Shown: piece by piece, positions 37,296-48,883 of the stretch
How the letters are laid out: each line of letters opens with the position of its first letter
Position numbering within the stretch: the first letter of the stretch is position 1
NCBI GenBank assembly: GCA_023920165.1
Contig: CP089280.1
Location: 2,294,001-2,358,000 of the forward strand
Direction of reading: 5' to 3'
DNA length: 64,000 nucleotides
Origin: Curvularia clavata
Taxonomy: Eukaryota
The notes under the pieces: model-generated
Databases searched by the model: none
What the model saw: the letters and a program-made list of their open reading frames with translations, nothing else
Told to the model about the DNA's origin: nothing
Program-made: the position numbers and the translations under genes

Positions 37296-38004
37296 GTTTC
37301 CTTTGTTCCAAGATATAGATTGCAGATCGTTTTGAAGGTTAGGTGGAAACAACATTCGCTTACTTCATGATACCCACGGTCTTTTATTATTTGTAACATA
37401 GTTAGTCGTACATTCGGCTTGTTTTTTAAAACGAATGCTTTGGTGGATATCGCCCGTAAAAACAAGCGCACTTTCTACCAATTGATGCTCTCATTGAAAG
37501 GGTTTCATTCTTTTTTTTGTTGTTTCACGTTTCAGCATCCCAATACATATCACGCCAACGACGAGAATTACACATACTTAGCTTCCACCCATTGCCTATT
37601 TAAGCCAACGAATCAAATGCCTTCTACGGCAGCGAAAAAATATAATGAAGCTAGCACTTACATCTTAAGTGAGCACGCAGGCGTTCAGAAAGCCTTTGAC
37701 AATTTCAGAGTCGCTGACTCGACTTTGGACCTCCTGCAAAAGACTTCTTGAAAGCTCTCTGCAGAACAAAACATTTATGTTTAAAGTTGGTGAGGGCCTT
37801 ATCTGAGTAACCAATACTGCATCTTGCTAAGGGAATATGGATCTTCTGGATAATCGTGGATTGTTTGTATGACAGAGCCAGAACAGCTTGCCGTGTGACC
37901 AGATTACACACTATTGCATTGCAAACAACAAAGCAGTGTACATCGAAACTTGCTCTCAAAACACACTCGATTAGCGGCATAAGGAGCTAACATTACCCAT
38001 GTAC

Positions 38005-39626
38005 TTAGCTGACATAGCGCCAAGTATTCACCACACCAGTTCTCTCCTCCTCCCTTTCAATCGCCTTGTTCTTCCTTGCCGCCCACCACTTGGCCGCCAA
38101 ACAAAACACCACTGTCAACCCGGCTCCTACAATAATACAACCCCCACCAACCTGGTACCTAGGCGCCTGGTTCTGCAGAAAAAAGTACGGTGTGAACCAA
38201 TGACTCACACTGCTCACGCAGTTAGCAATAGCGATCAAGGCCGCCCTCTTCGTTCGCGGTCGAGGCACAACTGTTGTTTCCCATGAAAGCTGCAGATTGA
38301 GCCCGAGGAATGGACCCGATACCAGAAGGAACATTGAGAAATACCGCACGCCGACGTTGAGTGTCGATATCATGATGACTGCACCAATCAGTGTGAGAAG
38401 AATGCTGAACACAATGTGGTAGCAGTGTTCCAGCCTTCGACCGGACGACCAGGAGACCAGGAGTGTGAAAATGTACGCGAAGACGTACGGCGGTGCTTGA
38501 ATAAGGTATGTTTCAACTTTTCCGAAGCCGAGGGTGTTGACGATGGAGGGGAAAAAGTCCTTGAAGGACTGGGAGACAATGATGGCGAAGTGCATGCCGG
38601 CGAATAACCAGGTAAAGGGGTCTTTTAACGCCAGGACCACACCCGTCCACATTTCGCCTTCGTCGTCTTCGGACTGCCCGCCTGCAGATACAATGGCACG
38701 GTACTCGGCCATTTGGCGTTCAGCCTCAGACATGAAGTACGTTCCGGTATTGTTCGGCCAGTTGGGGAGGAGCCAGAAGCCGAGCATAGCAACTAGAATA
38801 CTGACGATGCCTTCGAGTAAAAGAAACCATTGCCAGGCGTGTAAACTAGCAACATCGTCCATGTTGGTAAGAATGCCGGCAGCCAGGAGTCCAGAGAACA
38901 CATTTGAGATGATATTTCCGGCATGCCAGATACCCATGCGCAAGGGGGATTCTTCCTTGGTGTACCATGAGCTTGTCATCAGAGTGACAACAGGTAGAAC
39001 TAAAAAAGAAATTAGCATTATTCTCACGTACAGCAAGCACGTATAGAACTTACAAGGGCCTTCAGTTATACCGACGAGGAACCGGCATAACATAAACCCC
39101 CACGGCGCAGTAACGGCAGGCATGGCGATGGTAACGGCCGACCAGGCAAGCATGATGCAAGGGAGGATAACGCGAGGAGATGATTTAGCAACCCAGACAT
39201 TGCCTGGAACTTGACTGATGATATATCCGACGTAGAAGAGGGATATTCCAGCCGACCATTCAACATCAGACATGTGCAGATCTTCTTGCATTCCTGCGAG
39301 TCGTGCATTGGAGACGTTGATGCGGTCGAGGTAGCTAATTTTCCCAGGGTCAGCCTACTCGATATCTATATCACTGTTGCTGGTAGGCCCTACTTCATCA
39401 ACAGCATCATCGTGATGCATGGAAGAAATTTCCAGTCCAATTTCTTAAGAACGGACTTGTTAAGCTTGTCCAGCTCTTTGTCCGATTTTTCCACTAGCAG
39501 AGGATACTTGGCAAGATATTCTCGGTTAGGCGTTTCTTCAACATTGTCGATGTGAGTCGTGTCTCCTTTCTTGTCGGTGCTGGAACGCACGGAGAGCGTC
39601 TCCCCTGCTTCCGTGGTATATGCCAT
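38005..39626 (-). CDS. MFS transporter, anion:cation symporter (allantoate/nicotinate/tartrate permease family)
   Basis: Introns 39335-39393 and 39000-39053. KKLDWKFLP, NYLDRINVSNARLAG, SSWYTKEE..R, WQWFLLLEG and PPY motifs. Confidence 0.9.
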
Positions 39627-39893
39627 TGAATAAGTACGGAAGATGTTTTTCGCAGAGATGAACTCTGAGCTGGAATGCCCATTTCTGCATGTAGAAACGT
39701 CAAGTTATATACATTACCTGCCAAGGCAGTTGCACTCTCAACATGACTTCCCCGCGATCAAGTCGTGGCATACTTTGCGGGGAAGGTTGTCTTGGTGTTT
39801 TCTTGGTGATTTCTTGGTATTCTCTCAGCTCGCACGGATGGGGATTCATAGCAGTGTGTCCAGTACCAGTGTGCATCTGCAGTGAGTAAACTG

Positions 39894-39972
39894 TCGGGGT
39901 CTTCGGTCATGTAGTGGCGAACTAGGCTCGGGGCCCTCGGTGACAGGGGTCTGTTCTTCGGTGGGTGTCCGA
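39894..39972. promoter_or_regulatory. Clustered CGG elements in divergent MFS/aldolase promoter (2x TCGG-N6-CGGT, 1x TTCGG-N7-CCGA)
   Basis: TCGGGGTCTTCGGT (39894-39907), TCGGGGCCCTCGGT (39928-39941) and TTCGGTGGGTGTCCGA (39957-39972). CGG triplet pairs are the established Zn2Cys6 site architecture. Confidence 0.55.
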
Positions 39973-40151
39973 GCCACTGGCACGCCTTACAAAACGCTCG
40001 GAACGGGGACGTGGGGCTGGATTACCCCAGAGATAATTGATACCAGATCGTATAAAGTTGTGTACCTCGTCCTTGGCTTGATCTTGTACGAACATCGCAC
40101 CGCTTTTGTTTTCTATTATCGAATTTACATTTGCTGCTCAATCAATTCAAA

Positions 40152-41143
40152 ATGGCAGAACTGACATTACGCAACTCGATCCGGGAGAAGATGCTCAAAG
40201 ATGAGGTCGCATACACACTCTCCGTTAAGCTCGTTCGAAGCGTTGAGCTTCCCATGATGGCTAAGACGGCTGGCTTCGACGGCATACTCATCGACATGGA
40301 ACATTCGTCTTTCGATTTAGATACAACAGGTAGGGGTTCGCGCGACAACTCAAAAGTTACCTTTTCTAACTAGTTTCCATAGGACAACTTTGCATGGCAG
40401 CGCTATATGCTGGTATTGCGCCCATTGTACGCGTACCCTCCAAGGATCAATTCTTCATCTCCCGGGTCCTGGACGGCGGCGCACTAGGAGTCATTGTTCC
40501 TCATATTAGATCTGTACAAGACGCCAAAGATGTTGTTGCCGCAGCCAAATTCCAACCGCAAGGCCACCGGTCATCCACAAATGGACTTCCTCATTTCCAG
40601 TTTCGCTCATTCCCTGCCAAGAAGGCAAATCCAGTCGTCAATGCGAACACACTTGTGATCCCCATGGTGGAGACCGTAGAGGCAGTAGAATGTGTTGAAG
40701 AATTGGCTGCTGTTGATGGTGTTGATTCACTACTGATCGGTACCAACGACATGACTGCCGAGATGGGTATTCCTGGTGATTATGAGAATCCCCGGTTGAC
40801 GGAAGTGTATCAAAAGACGATTGATGCTTGCAATAAGCATGGAAAGTGGGTTGGTGTCGGTGGCTTGCACTCGCGGATGGACTTGGTCGAGAAATTCTGT
40901 GCGATGGGTGCAAGGTGGGTCATGGCTGCCACAGATGGGCCACTGCTGCTGGCCGGAGCGACCAAAAGGGCGTCGGAAATGCAAGCCCTTTCCCAGAGAG
41001 TAACAAACTCGACTACATCGAAGCCAACAAACGGGGTGAACGGAGTGAATGGGCACAATGGAGCTGCTACTAATGGATTGAAACAAGCACCAAATGCCAC
41101 AGTGCAGGAAATTCCCGCATCGGGGAACGGAATAACCTCATAG
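40152..41143 (+). CDS. HpcH/HpaI class II (metal-dependent) pyruvate aldolase
   Basis: Intron 40330-40382. AGFDGILIDMEHS, VRVP, LDGGALGVIVPHI, PMVET and LLIGTNDM motifs. Confidence 0.9.
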
Positions 41144-41186
41144 ATTATCGTTGTAATGATTAGAAAATTTCCATAGAAATTCATGC

Positions 41187-43050
41187 TCATCGCCAAACTG
41201 GTTGACCCAACGTAGCCTGATTTGAGCTGTGGTCGAACATCAGCAGTTGAAGCTGTTCAGAAATTACAATATCCGAGGTTGCGACCAGCATCCGTAATCG
41301 ATCGCGTGAGTGGGCGGGGAGAACACATTGCTGGAGTTCCAAAATAATGTCGCGAAGACTGATCATGGCCGAATAGCGTAGGGATAACAGGGTTAAGGCG
41401 TTCGATACCTTGGCAAGCTTTGGGACGTTATCTGGACGTCCTTGCGTAGTTCCAGCGATAATGACACCGATGCTGAAGAGAAGGAGCGCATCTATAGAGG
41501 CTACTGACCCATCACTGGATACTAACTTCTCTTCCACAGCATTAAGGTAGTTGGAAAAGTCCTCGAAAGCTTCGTCGACTATGCTTGTACGATCCGGATC
41601 ACCAAGCCATGAAGGTTGTTTGAGCAACTCCACATATGCGCGCGCACTCAGCGCGATATGATACAAGTTCGTTGGGGAGTCGCTTCGGGGGATGCTCTCC
41701 TTCCAGTGTCGAATATTGATGAAATGACACAGAATACCTGCTTCCCTATCTTCATCGCTACGAATTGAGCGGAGCATTTGTGCATATTGTACCATGTATC
41801 GAAGGTTGATATCCTCGTTATCACCTCCAGCATTTCGTGATGATGGAGAAGATGGTACCTGCCAGAGTCTCAGCAAAGCAGTTTTGGAAAATGAAGGTGC
41901 TTAGTACTGAAACCAGAATGTCTTTGCGGTCCAACCCAAACGGCCTGTCTAGAGTTGCGCTCACGATTCTGCACAGAGTCAATGGTAGCCATTCTCCCAG
42001 TGCTTGGATTACGCACGTATCTAAGACATAAAGCGTCCATAGCGTTTGGTTGCCCTGGCATTGTTCCTCGCTCTCAGAGTGAGGGTCAGAGAGACGTGAT
42101 GTGTGCATACCAGCTGAGACGCACCGTGTCAGAGCCAAGCCCAACAAATGCCATGTCGACCCTCCGAGAGACGTGTACAGCGAATATATAGTCAGTGCTG
42201 CTAGACAATGAACTACTGATAGTGGCCGGGAACGATCGAGGACTTGGGGCATCAAGCCGATTGCATTAACTGCAAGTTCTGTCGAATACATTTCTTTGTA
42301 AGTGTAATGCGCGCCTAGTAGTATACCTGTTGCCGTTCCGATGTATACCAAAACATGTTTTTCTGGACAGTTGGAAACCTCAGAGGCATGCACTACAGTG
42401 TCGTACTGTTCGAAGAGCTCATTTCTGGCTATGAACGGAAACATGGTCTGCAGCATGTTGACATAAAGTTCGAAAGCAGCGCGCATATCGGTACCGCCTA
42501 GATCAACGCTAAGTGAATGGTTTTGGCGAAGTTCTGCGAGAGGACCAGATATTGCCATGTTTCTACCCAAAGGGAGCGTTGGATTGGCACCGCTGACTCC
42601 GGTCGCCGCGAACAAAAAGGTCAGAAAAGAAAGGCCTCCGATGGGAGATGGCAAACGGTCCGTACGCTCCGCCATAGCAGATAATGACAGGTATGCCATA
42701 TCATCCTGTGCAACACGATCGGCTGATGCGACACTACTGAGAGGCGTCGTTTCGACAGCTGGGGAATCCTCGCAACCTCCGTTCTGGAGGCGTGATCGCA
42801 TGTTCTGAACCCTCCTTCGTAGTGCCTCGATTCCGACCTCATTTACGATTTCAGAAGGACTGGTCGCGGAACCAAAGCCTCTCTTGACACATCTAACAGC
42901 TGCAGTGCGACATTGATGGCATGTCGGTACTTCTCGAGAGCACTGGAAAGAGGTTAGAATTTGCCTTCAAGAGCAACAAGGTATGGACATGAAAACCTTC
43001 TGCTTCCGACGCCAGCATCGCTCACATGCTTGCGACATAGATTCGGCCAT
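41187..43050 (-). CDS. Zn2Cys6 transcription factor with fungal-specific TF domain (cluster regulator 1)
   Basis: Intron 42943-42996 splits ACERCWRRKQK|CSREVPTCHQCRTAAVRC. WTLYVLD..SATLDRPFG middle homology region; two further introns around 41860-42016. An alternative in-frame ATG lies at 43086. Confidence 0.82.
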
Positions 43051-43335
43051 TGGGATATGTTTTCCGATGGTTGGAGCATTGCGCATGCTTTGGGTTCGGG
43101 GATGGTCCGATTACATATGTGGGGTGCCATTCAGCAAACCGGGAAGGGCCTCGGTCCGATTCCGAGCGCAGTTAGGTCACTTGGACAAGGGCAAAGAATA
43201 GATTATACGCTAAAACTTGGTACATGAATCTAGCAATCCTGGTGAAGAAAAGCGTATGATTATAATCAGGCTATAGATTGATGAGTAAATGATCCATTAT
43301 CATCCAACAGCCCAATCAACTTCGTGTTTTCAAAG

Positions 43336-45157
43336 CTATCTACCTGCATGGTGTTCGATACGCACTTCACCATGTTTCTCTTCATCAACCATATCTCCCA
43401 ATTTACCATCTGTACTAGGAGCTCCTCCATCTGCCAAGTCATCCGCGGTTGGATAGGCCACCCTCCTGACAGTATACCATGGGCGCTGGAACAGCTTATC
43501 CAGGCTCTCAAGTGAGCGTCCAGCGGTCTCTGGCAGCGCGAAGAAAACGTACACTAGAGACGCACAGCATATGCTGGCAAAGAATGCAAATGCGCCAAAT
43601 CGATCTGTGGCAGCCAGTAGACTGGGCATGGCACGCGAGCAGCCAAAGTAGAATGCCCAGTGAAATGCCATGAGAATAGAGACGTTGAGCGAGCGAATCC
43701 GGACGGGAAAGACTTCGGCGGAAACAAGGTATGGGATAGAAAACCAGCCGATTGACCAGGCAACAGCGTGTATGAATATTGCGACAATGCTTGCCTTACT
43801 GGCAGCCGTCGCGCTTGCACTTGCCTCGATTTGTGCAGCTGACATACCGTTGGTGACACCCAGGTATGCGCCAACGAATGTGAGGGTCAGGATCTGAAGG
43901 GTAATCCCGAGCATGAGGGAGCGTCGGCGGCCAATGAAGTCAATGACAAAGATGGAGAAGATAAGCACGGAGACGAATTTGACAATGCCGTAGAGACCGG
44001 TCGCGAGGAAGCGTGATTCTTCGCCCTGAATGCCCAGGTAGCCGAAGATGGAGGGCGAGTACTGCGTGATGGCATTTGCCCCAGACCACTGTCCAAACAT
44101 ATGGCAAAGGAACATGAGAACGAACCTCCGGCGGTACTCAGTCACTGTAAAGGTCTCCTTGAAGAGGTCCCATACAGTAGCACCACTAACAGCCTCAATC
44201 TCGATGTTCAGTTGTCGTTCAATGCCGTTGAACTCTTCCAAGATGTAAGGATGGTCTTCAGGTAGGTTTCTGAATCTGCATAGGACTTGCAAGGCTTCGG
44301 TGGGCTTGTTCTTGGAGAGCAAGAAGCGAGGTGACTCTGGCGTGAATGCAATACCAATTCCCCAGATCACAGCCGGAATGAGCTGCAAGGCAGTAGGAAG
44401 TTGCCATTGCAATCGTGTACCCGCATGGTACTTTGTAATGCCGTAGTTGAAGAAGAATCCGAATACGACGCCCAGCTGTTGGCAACACGCGTATTGGAGC
44501 GTGATTAACCCTCTGATACTGCGAGGAGCAATCTAGACTTGGTAATCAGTATCGTCCAACGTTGGGCTATGCCTCCTAGTATTATTTACTCACCTCGGTA
44601 AGGTAGATTGAAGGCAAAACTGTCGTTGTACCAATCCCAATACCGGAAATAAAGCGCGTGGCGTACAAGGCTGACAAGTTTCCGTTGGAGAAGGTCTGGC
44701 CAAGGATTCCGGCGATATAAATGACGGTGAAGACCAACATGGTATACTTCCTTCCCCACAGCTGAACGAGATTGATGCAAGCCAGACAGCCAAAGACGGC
44801 ACCCGCAGTCGCGATTGAAACGATCCATCCTTTAGTGTCTAGTAGCGCAAGGGTCAGTCTGGATATCAAGGTAACCTGTTCGGTGCTTCCTACTGGCATA
44901 ATGAGCGTCACTCTCGTGAGCAACATTGAAGTCAGTCTTGAAAACCTTTTGTACAACAATCGATGCGATATTGCCTGGTTTGAAGTTTAGTATTTTATTC
45001 CCAGACGTACGAATCCAAACATACCCTCATCGAATCCTTTCGCCACACCCGAAAAACTCCACACCGCAGTGCAGAAAAACAGCCAGAAATTGAATATCTC
45101 AGGCGGACATGCCTTGATGGCCTTCACAGTATCTTTGAGAAGGCTAGACTTCGCCAT
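43336..45157 (-). CDS. MFS sugar porter, quinate-permease-like
   Basis: GFDEG, WGRK, EIAPRSIRG (across an intron), PESPRFL, QWSGANAITQYSP, IDFIGRRR, SAEVFPVRIRS and LPETAGRSLE. Three introns between about 44535 and 45024. Confidence 0.9.
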
Positions 45158-45614
45158 ATTGATGAGAGGTCGGTCAATACTCGTAGATGCAAGAGGCGTA
45201 CAAAAAAGACAGCGCCGCAGACTTTTCTAACGGGTACAACTACATTTTCTATACAGTATCCATCACTAGTTTGGGGCTAGATGCGAAGACCGTGCAAGCT
45301 AGTCGTGTGGGGACCCCGCGTTCGGGCTCACTTCCGAGATCGCATGTTCACCACCGAAGCGCCCGAAGCAAGTCGGATAGCGCCTTCAACCTCATCGGAC
45401 ACGGACCTGACTGACTCGCTTCATGGTTCCGATGCCCGCGCGAGTTATGTCTATCTCATGCGAAGGCAACGGGAAACCTTCCGATAATCGATAAGACGCT
45501 GCAAGACTGAAACCCTTGGTAGCCGAGGCACATATCTTATTAGGTCGTCGAGCCAGGCGCGTTTTGTGACTTTACCATTGTTCTGATCTTTCATTGCAGC
45601 AGTGATTTCTCATT

Positions 45615-46656
45615 ATGGCTCCAGGAATACTTTCGTCCACCCCCGATTCGGCTGATATCGCGGGCCCAAAGAAGGCAACTGTCTACCTTCTGGACTCGTT
45701 TCACCCAACTGCCACAAAACACGCACAAACCCTTTTTGACGCTGTATTGCCAAATGATCCTCGACACAAAAACTGGCGCGAGAAGGCCGAGTACCTTCTC
45801 GTTAAAGGGTCCTACTTGACTGCAGAAGATGTCGCTTCATGTCCGAACCTCAAGGCTTTAGGAAAGCAGGGTGTTGGTAATTAATCCCAAGCCGTGTGTT
45901 TCTCACTCTCATAATCGTACTAACTGTCCATGAGGCATTGATAAAATCGACGCCGAGGCCTGCAAAGCCCGTGGCATAAAAATCTTCAACACTCCCGGCG
46001 TCAACGCCCAAGCTGTTGCCGAAACAGTCCTTATGCTTGCCATGTCCGTTGCACGAGAAGTGGGCAAGATCACAGCATTTCAGACTGAAGGCAAAGTCGT
46101 TCCAAAAGAGCAATGTTCGGGCCTGATCATAAGCCAAAAAACAATAGGAATAGTGGGCATGGGCAATATTGGACAACGGGTAGCCAATATCTTCCAGCGC
46201 GGTCTCAACTGCAATGTTGTGGCGTACGATCCGTTGTTGCCACAAGACGCATGGGCGGATATCCCGCATAAGCGCGTACAAACACTCGAAGAAGTGTTAC
46301 AAGAGTCGGACATCCTTACGCTGCATATCCCGCTTCTGCCGCAGACTAGGAACCTGATCGCATATCCCCAACTATCAATGATGAAGCGCAACGTTATCCT
46401 CATTAATACCGCGCGTGGTGGAATCGTGAACGAGTCTGACTTGGAAAAGGCACTAAAAGAGGGGCTGATATGGGGTGCGGGCCTAGACTGCCACGAACAA
46501 GAGCCGCCTACGAAAGAGAAGTATGGAGGTCTGTGGGCGACTGGCCGGGTGGTAAGCACGCCACATGTTGGTGCAGCGACAGCTCAGACACAAATGGAGA
46601 CAGCCATGGCTGCAGTAGACAGGCTGCACCAGTATGTACAAGCAACAAATCCGTAG
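45615..46656 (+). CDS. D-isomer-specific 2-hydroxyacid dehydrogenase (SerA-like catalytic core, no ACT domain)
   Basis: Intron 45877-45934. KQGVGIDKID, NTPGVNAQAVAE, GIVGMGNIG, YDP, INTARGGIVNE, GAGLDC.EQEP and TPHVGAAT. Confidence 0.92.
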
Positions 46657-46659
46657 ATA

Positions 46660-48591
46660 TTAATACAGTTCTGGAGTAAAATCGGTGTCTTCCATTGGTA
46701 TCCAGCCCCAGGCATACTCTCCTAGTCCAGCCTCAAGCTGTGTCATTAAATCCAGATTGTCTGTCAGACCCAGGCCCAAGTCAATGGAATCGGCGTTGAC
46801 GGTATTGACTTCATTGTTTGTGCTTTCAAATGCTGGATTGGAGAAACTCGCTGGTAATTCAGGGTCGTCAGGAGCAGTGCTGGTTGGATTATAAATCGCA
46901 TTGGCATTATGGGTCGAGCCAGTGTTGACACGATGACGAATGCACTCATCTTTGAGTACGCCAAAAACAATAGCAAAAGACCCAGCATCTGGCATCTTTT
47001 CCTTGAAGAAATTCAGAATGCCGTGACACATTGTGAGGATGCGAACAGCATCGCGATTCTCTAAAATGCTTGTCTCAACTTCCAGGCTAAGGCAGAAGAT
47101 GATGGTCAATCCAGCGGTAAAGATCATCTGAAAATAGCTTCGCGTCCAGGTGATAGCTTGCTTATCCATCAGGTCTGCATAGAGCTCGATGACTCGACTC
47201 GCGGATTCATAGCATGGTATGACAATCATCTTCGTTATAGCGCCCGTTGTTGAGTGGAGCGTTAGATTATGCATAGCACCTCGCGCCAGGAGCATGAGGT
47301 CTTTTTCGTAGAGAAAGTCATGCCATTCTGGTCGTTCATAGAGTGACCGAGGGCTCGCGAAACATGGCATTGTTGAACGCCAAAGATTCAAATCCGTACG
47401 GAATCGAGAGAAGCAGGTATACACATGGCCCACCGATTTAAATCTAGGCTCTGAGCTTCTGCCAGTGTAGAAGCGGGTGTGAATCTGGGAGCTTATCTGT
47501 CGCAGCTTTATGCAATGTATAAACACTGAGAGTTCAGTGGGTGTTGAGCTAGTCTTGGGTGGTACGAGGTCAAGAGACGAGGCGGAAGACTCAGCCAGCG
47601 CTTCGTCATCAATGTCTACCGGGAGGGGAACACTGATGTTTGATTCTGAAATAGCAAAAGGGCGACCCAGAATGCCTGAGCTATACCGGTCAAGGATGTA
47701 GCATTCCCAGAATATCCGTCGGCGATGCTGCTCAGTCACAAGACTGAGCGACTCGGAGTTTCGAAGATGAAGACGCCATTCGATGCATTGCCGCATGCAC
47801 AATTGAGAGATATCCCACATCGAGGTTCCAATATAATGGTACATCCCAAACCGATGAATCAGGAGAAGATTCTCAATAGCGTTGACACTTCCGATCAAAG
47901 GGATCTGTCTGAGATAAGATCCAGCAGCTATGAAATATCCAAGTGGATTTTCGGAGCTGAGACCCGCACGATGTCTTGTGGTACAACTAATTGCGAACAC
48001 CATGAGCAAGCGATAGAGGTCTTGGGCTGAGGGCGCATCATCAGGCCTCGAAGTAGTGTAAATGCGATTGTAGATGGCTAGGACTTCTTCGCGAAGGAGA
48101 AACGTATGATGGATATGAAATCGTCTGAAGTAGTTGTCTAAGAGTTGTTGGGCTTCATGCGGTGGTGGTAGTGAGTTTGGTGTCAGGTTTTGCCTATGCA
48201 CTCTGGGTCGAGCAGCCAGTTGAGTCAAGATGTGAGTACGGTGCTGCTGCCATCTTGCATCAGACAGGATACTATTGAGGAATCCCAGGCCACTGCCATC
48301 CCCGACATAGTAGCTTCTCCTTCCAGCATCATCAGATGTCGGAGTCGGCACTGAATGGGCCTCAGTAGCAGTTGCAGTCAGCTGGGTCCCATTCAGTCTC
48401 TCGTTCAAACTCTTCTCCTCTTCCTCTAGCTGCGCGATGAAGCCTCGGGAATACTGCTCTCCACTTTCGGGATCGACGATGATGCAAGCGACTCCTCCCT
48501 TGGTGCAGTTGGTACATTTCGGCGCTTGTCGGTCGCATCGGACCTTGCGCAGCTTGCATTTCTGACATGCCGGCAGCTGCAGTTGGGTCAT
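46660..48591 (-). CDS. Zn2Cys6 transcription factor with fungal-specific TF domain (cluster regulator 2)
   Basis: ACQKCKLRKVRCDRQAPKCTNCTKGGVAC and RRRIFWECYILDRYSSGILGRPFAI; intronless, ATG at 48591. Confidence 0.9.
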   Translation of the reverse strand: MTQLQLPACQKCKLRKVRCDRQAPKCTNCTKGGVACIIVDPESGEQYSRGFIAQLEEEEKSLNERLNGTQLTATATEAHSVPTPTSDDAGRRSYYVGDGSGLGFLNSILSDARWQQHRTHILTQLAARPRVHRQNLTPNSLPPPHEAQQLLDNYFRRFHIHHTFLLREEVLAIYNRIYTTSRPDDAPSAQDLYRLLMVFAISCTTRHRAGLSSENPLGYFIAAGSYLRQIPLIGSVNAIENLLLIHRFGMYHYIGTSMWDISQLCMRQCIEWRLHLRNSESLSLVTEQHRRRIFWECYILDRYSSGILGRPFAISESNISVPLPVDIDDEALAESSASSLDLVPPKTSSTPTELSVFIHCIKLRQISSQIHTRFYTGRSSEPRFKSVGHVYTCFSRFRTDLNLWRSTMPCFASPRSLYERPEWHDFLYEKDLMLLARGAMHNLTLHSTTGAITKMIVIPCYESASRVIELYADLMDKQAITWTRSYFQMIFTAGLTIIFCLSLEVETSILENRDAVRILTMCHGILNFFKEKMPDAGSFAIVFGVLKDECIRHRVNTGSTHNANAIYNPTSTAPDDPELPASFSNPAFESTNNEVNTVNADSIDLGLGLTDNLDLMTQLEAGLGEYAWGWIPMEDTDFTPELY

Positions 48592-48883
48592 CCTAAATCC
48601 AGGGGGTGGGTGGGAGTGATGCGGAGAAAAGTATGGGGATGCTGGAAGGTAGCCGATGAGTAGTAGGCGCATTCGGCCCCACACCGATGCCTTTGTTTCG
48701 CGGGATTGGTTTACATTACCTAGACCTCCGCAGTTGAGCCGTTGCAGCGTGGGTCGAATCACGGTAGGGCGCCTGACTCGCTTGACCCATCTTTGATGAA
48801 CTTTGCGACGGATGCTATGTATGTCCAAGAGAGTAGATAGATGATCTGGAATCCCTCAGAAGGTGCGTAGTTGACCGTAAAAC

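Noticed and set aside
48592..48828. N-terminal extension of TF2 in the ORF track
   Set aside because: Starts at a non-ATG codon and spans the shared promoter; ATG 48591 sits just before the zinc cluster.
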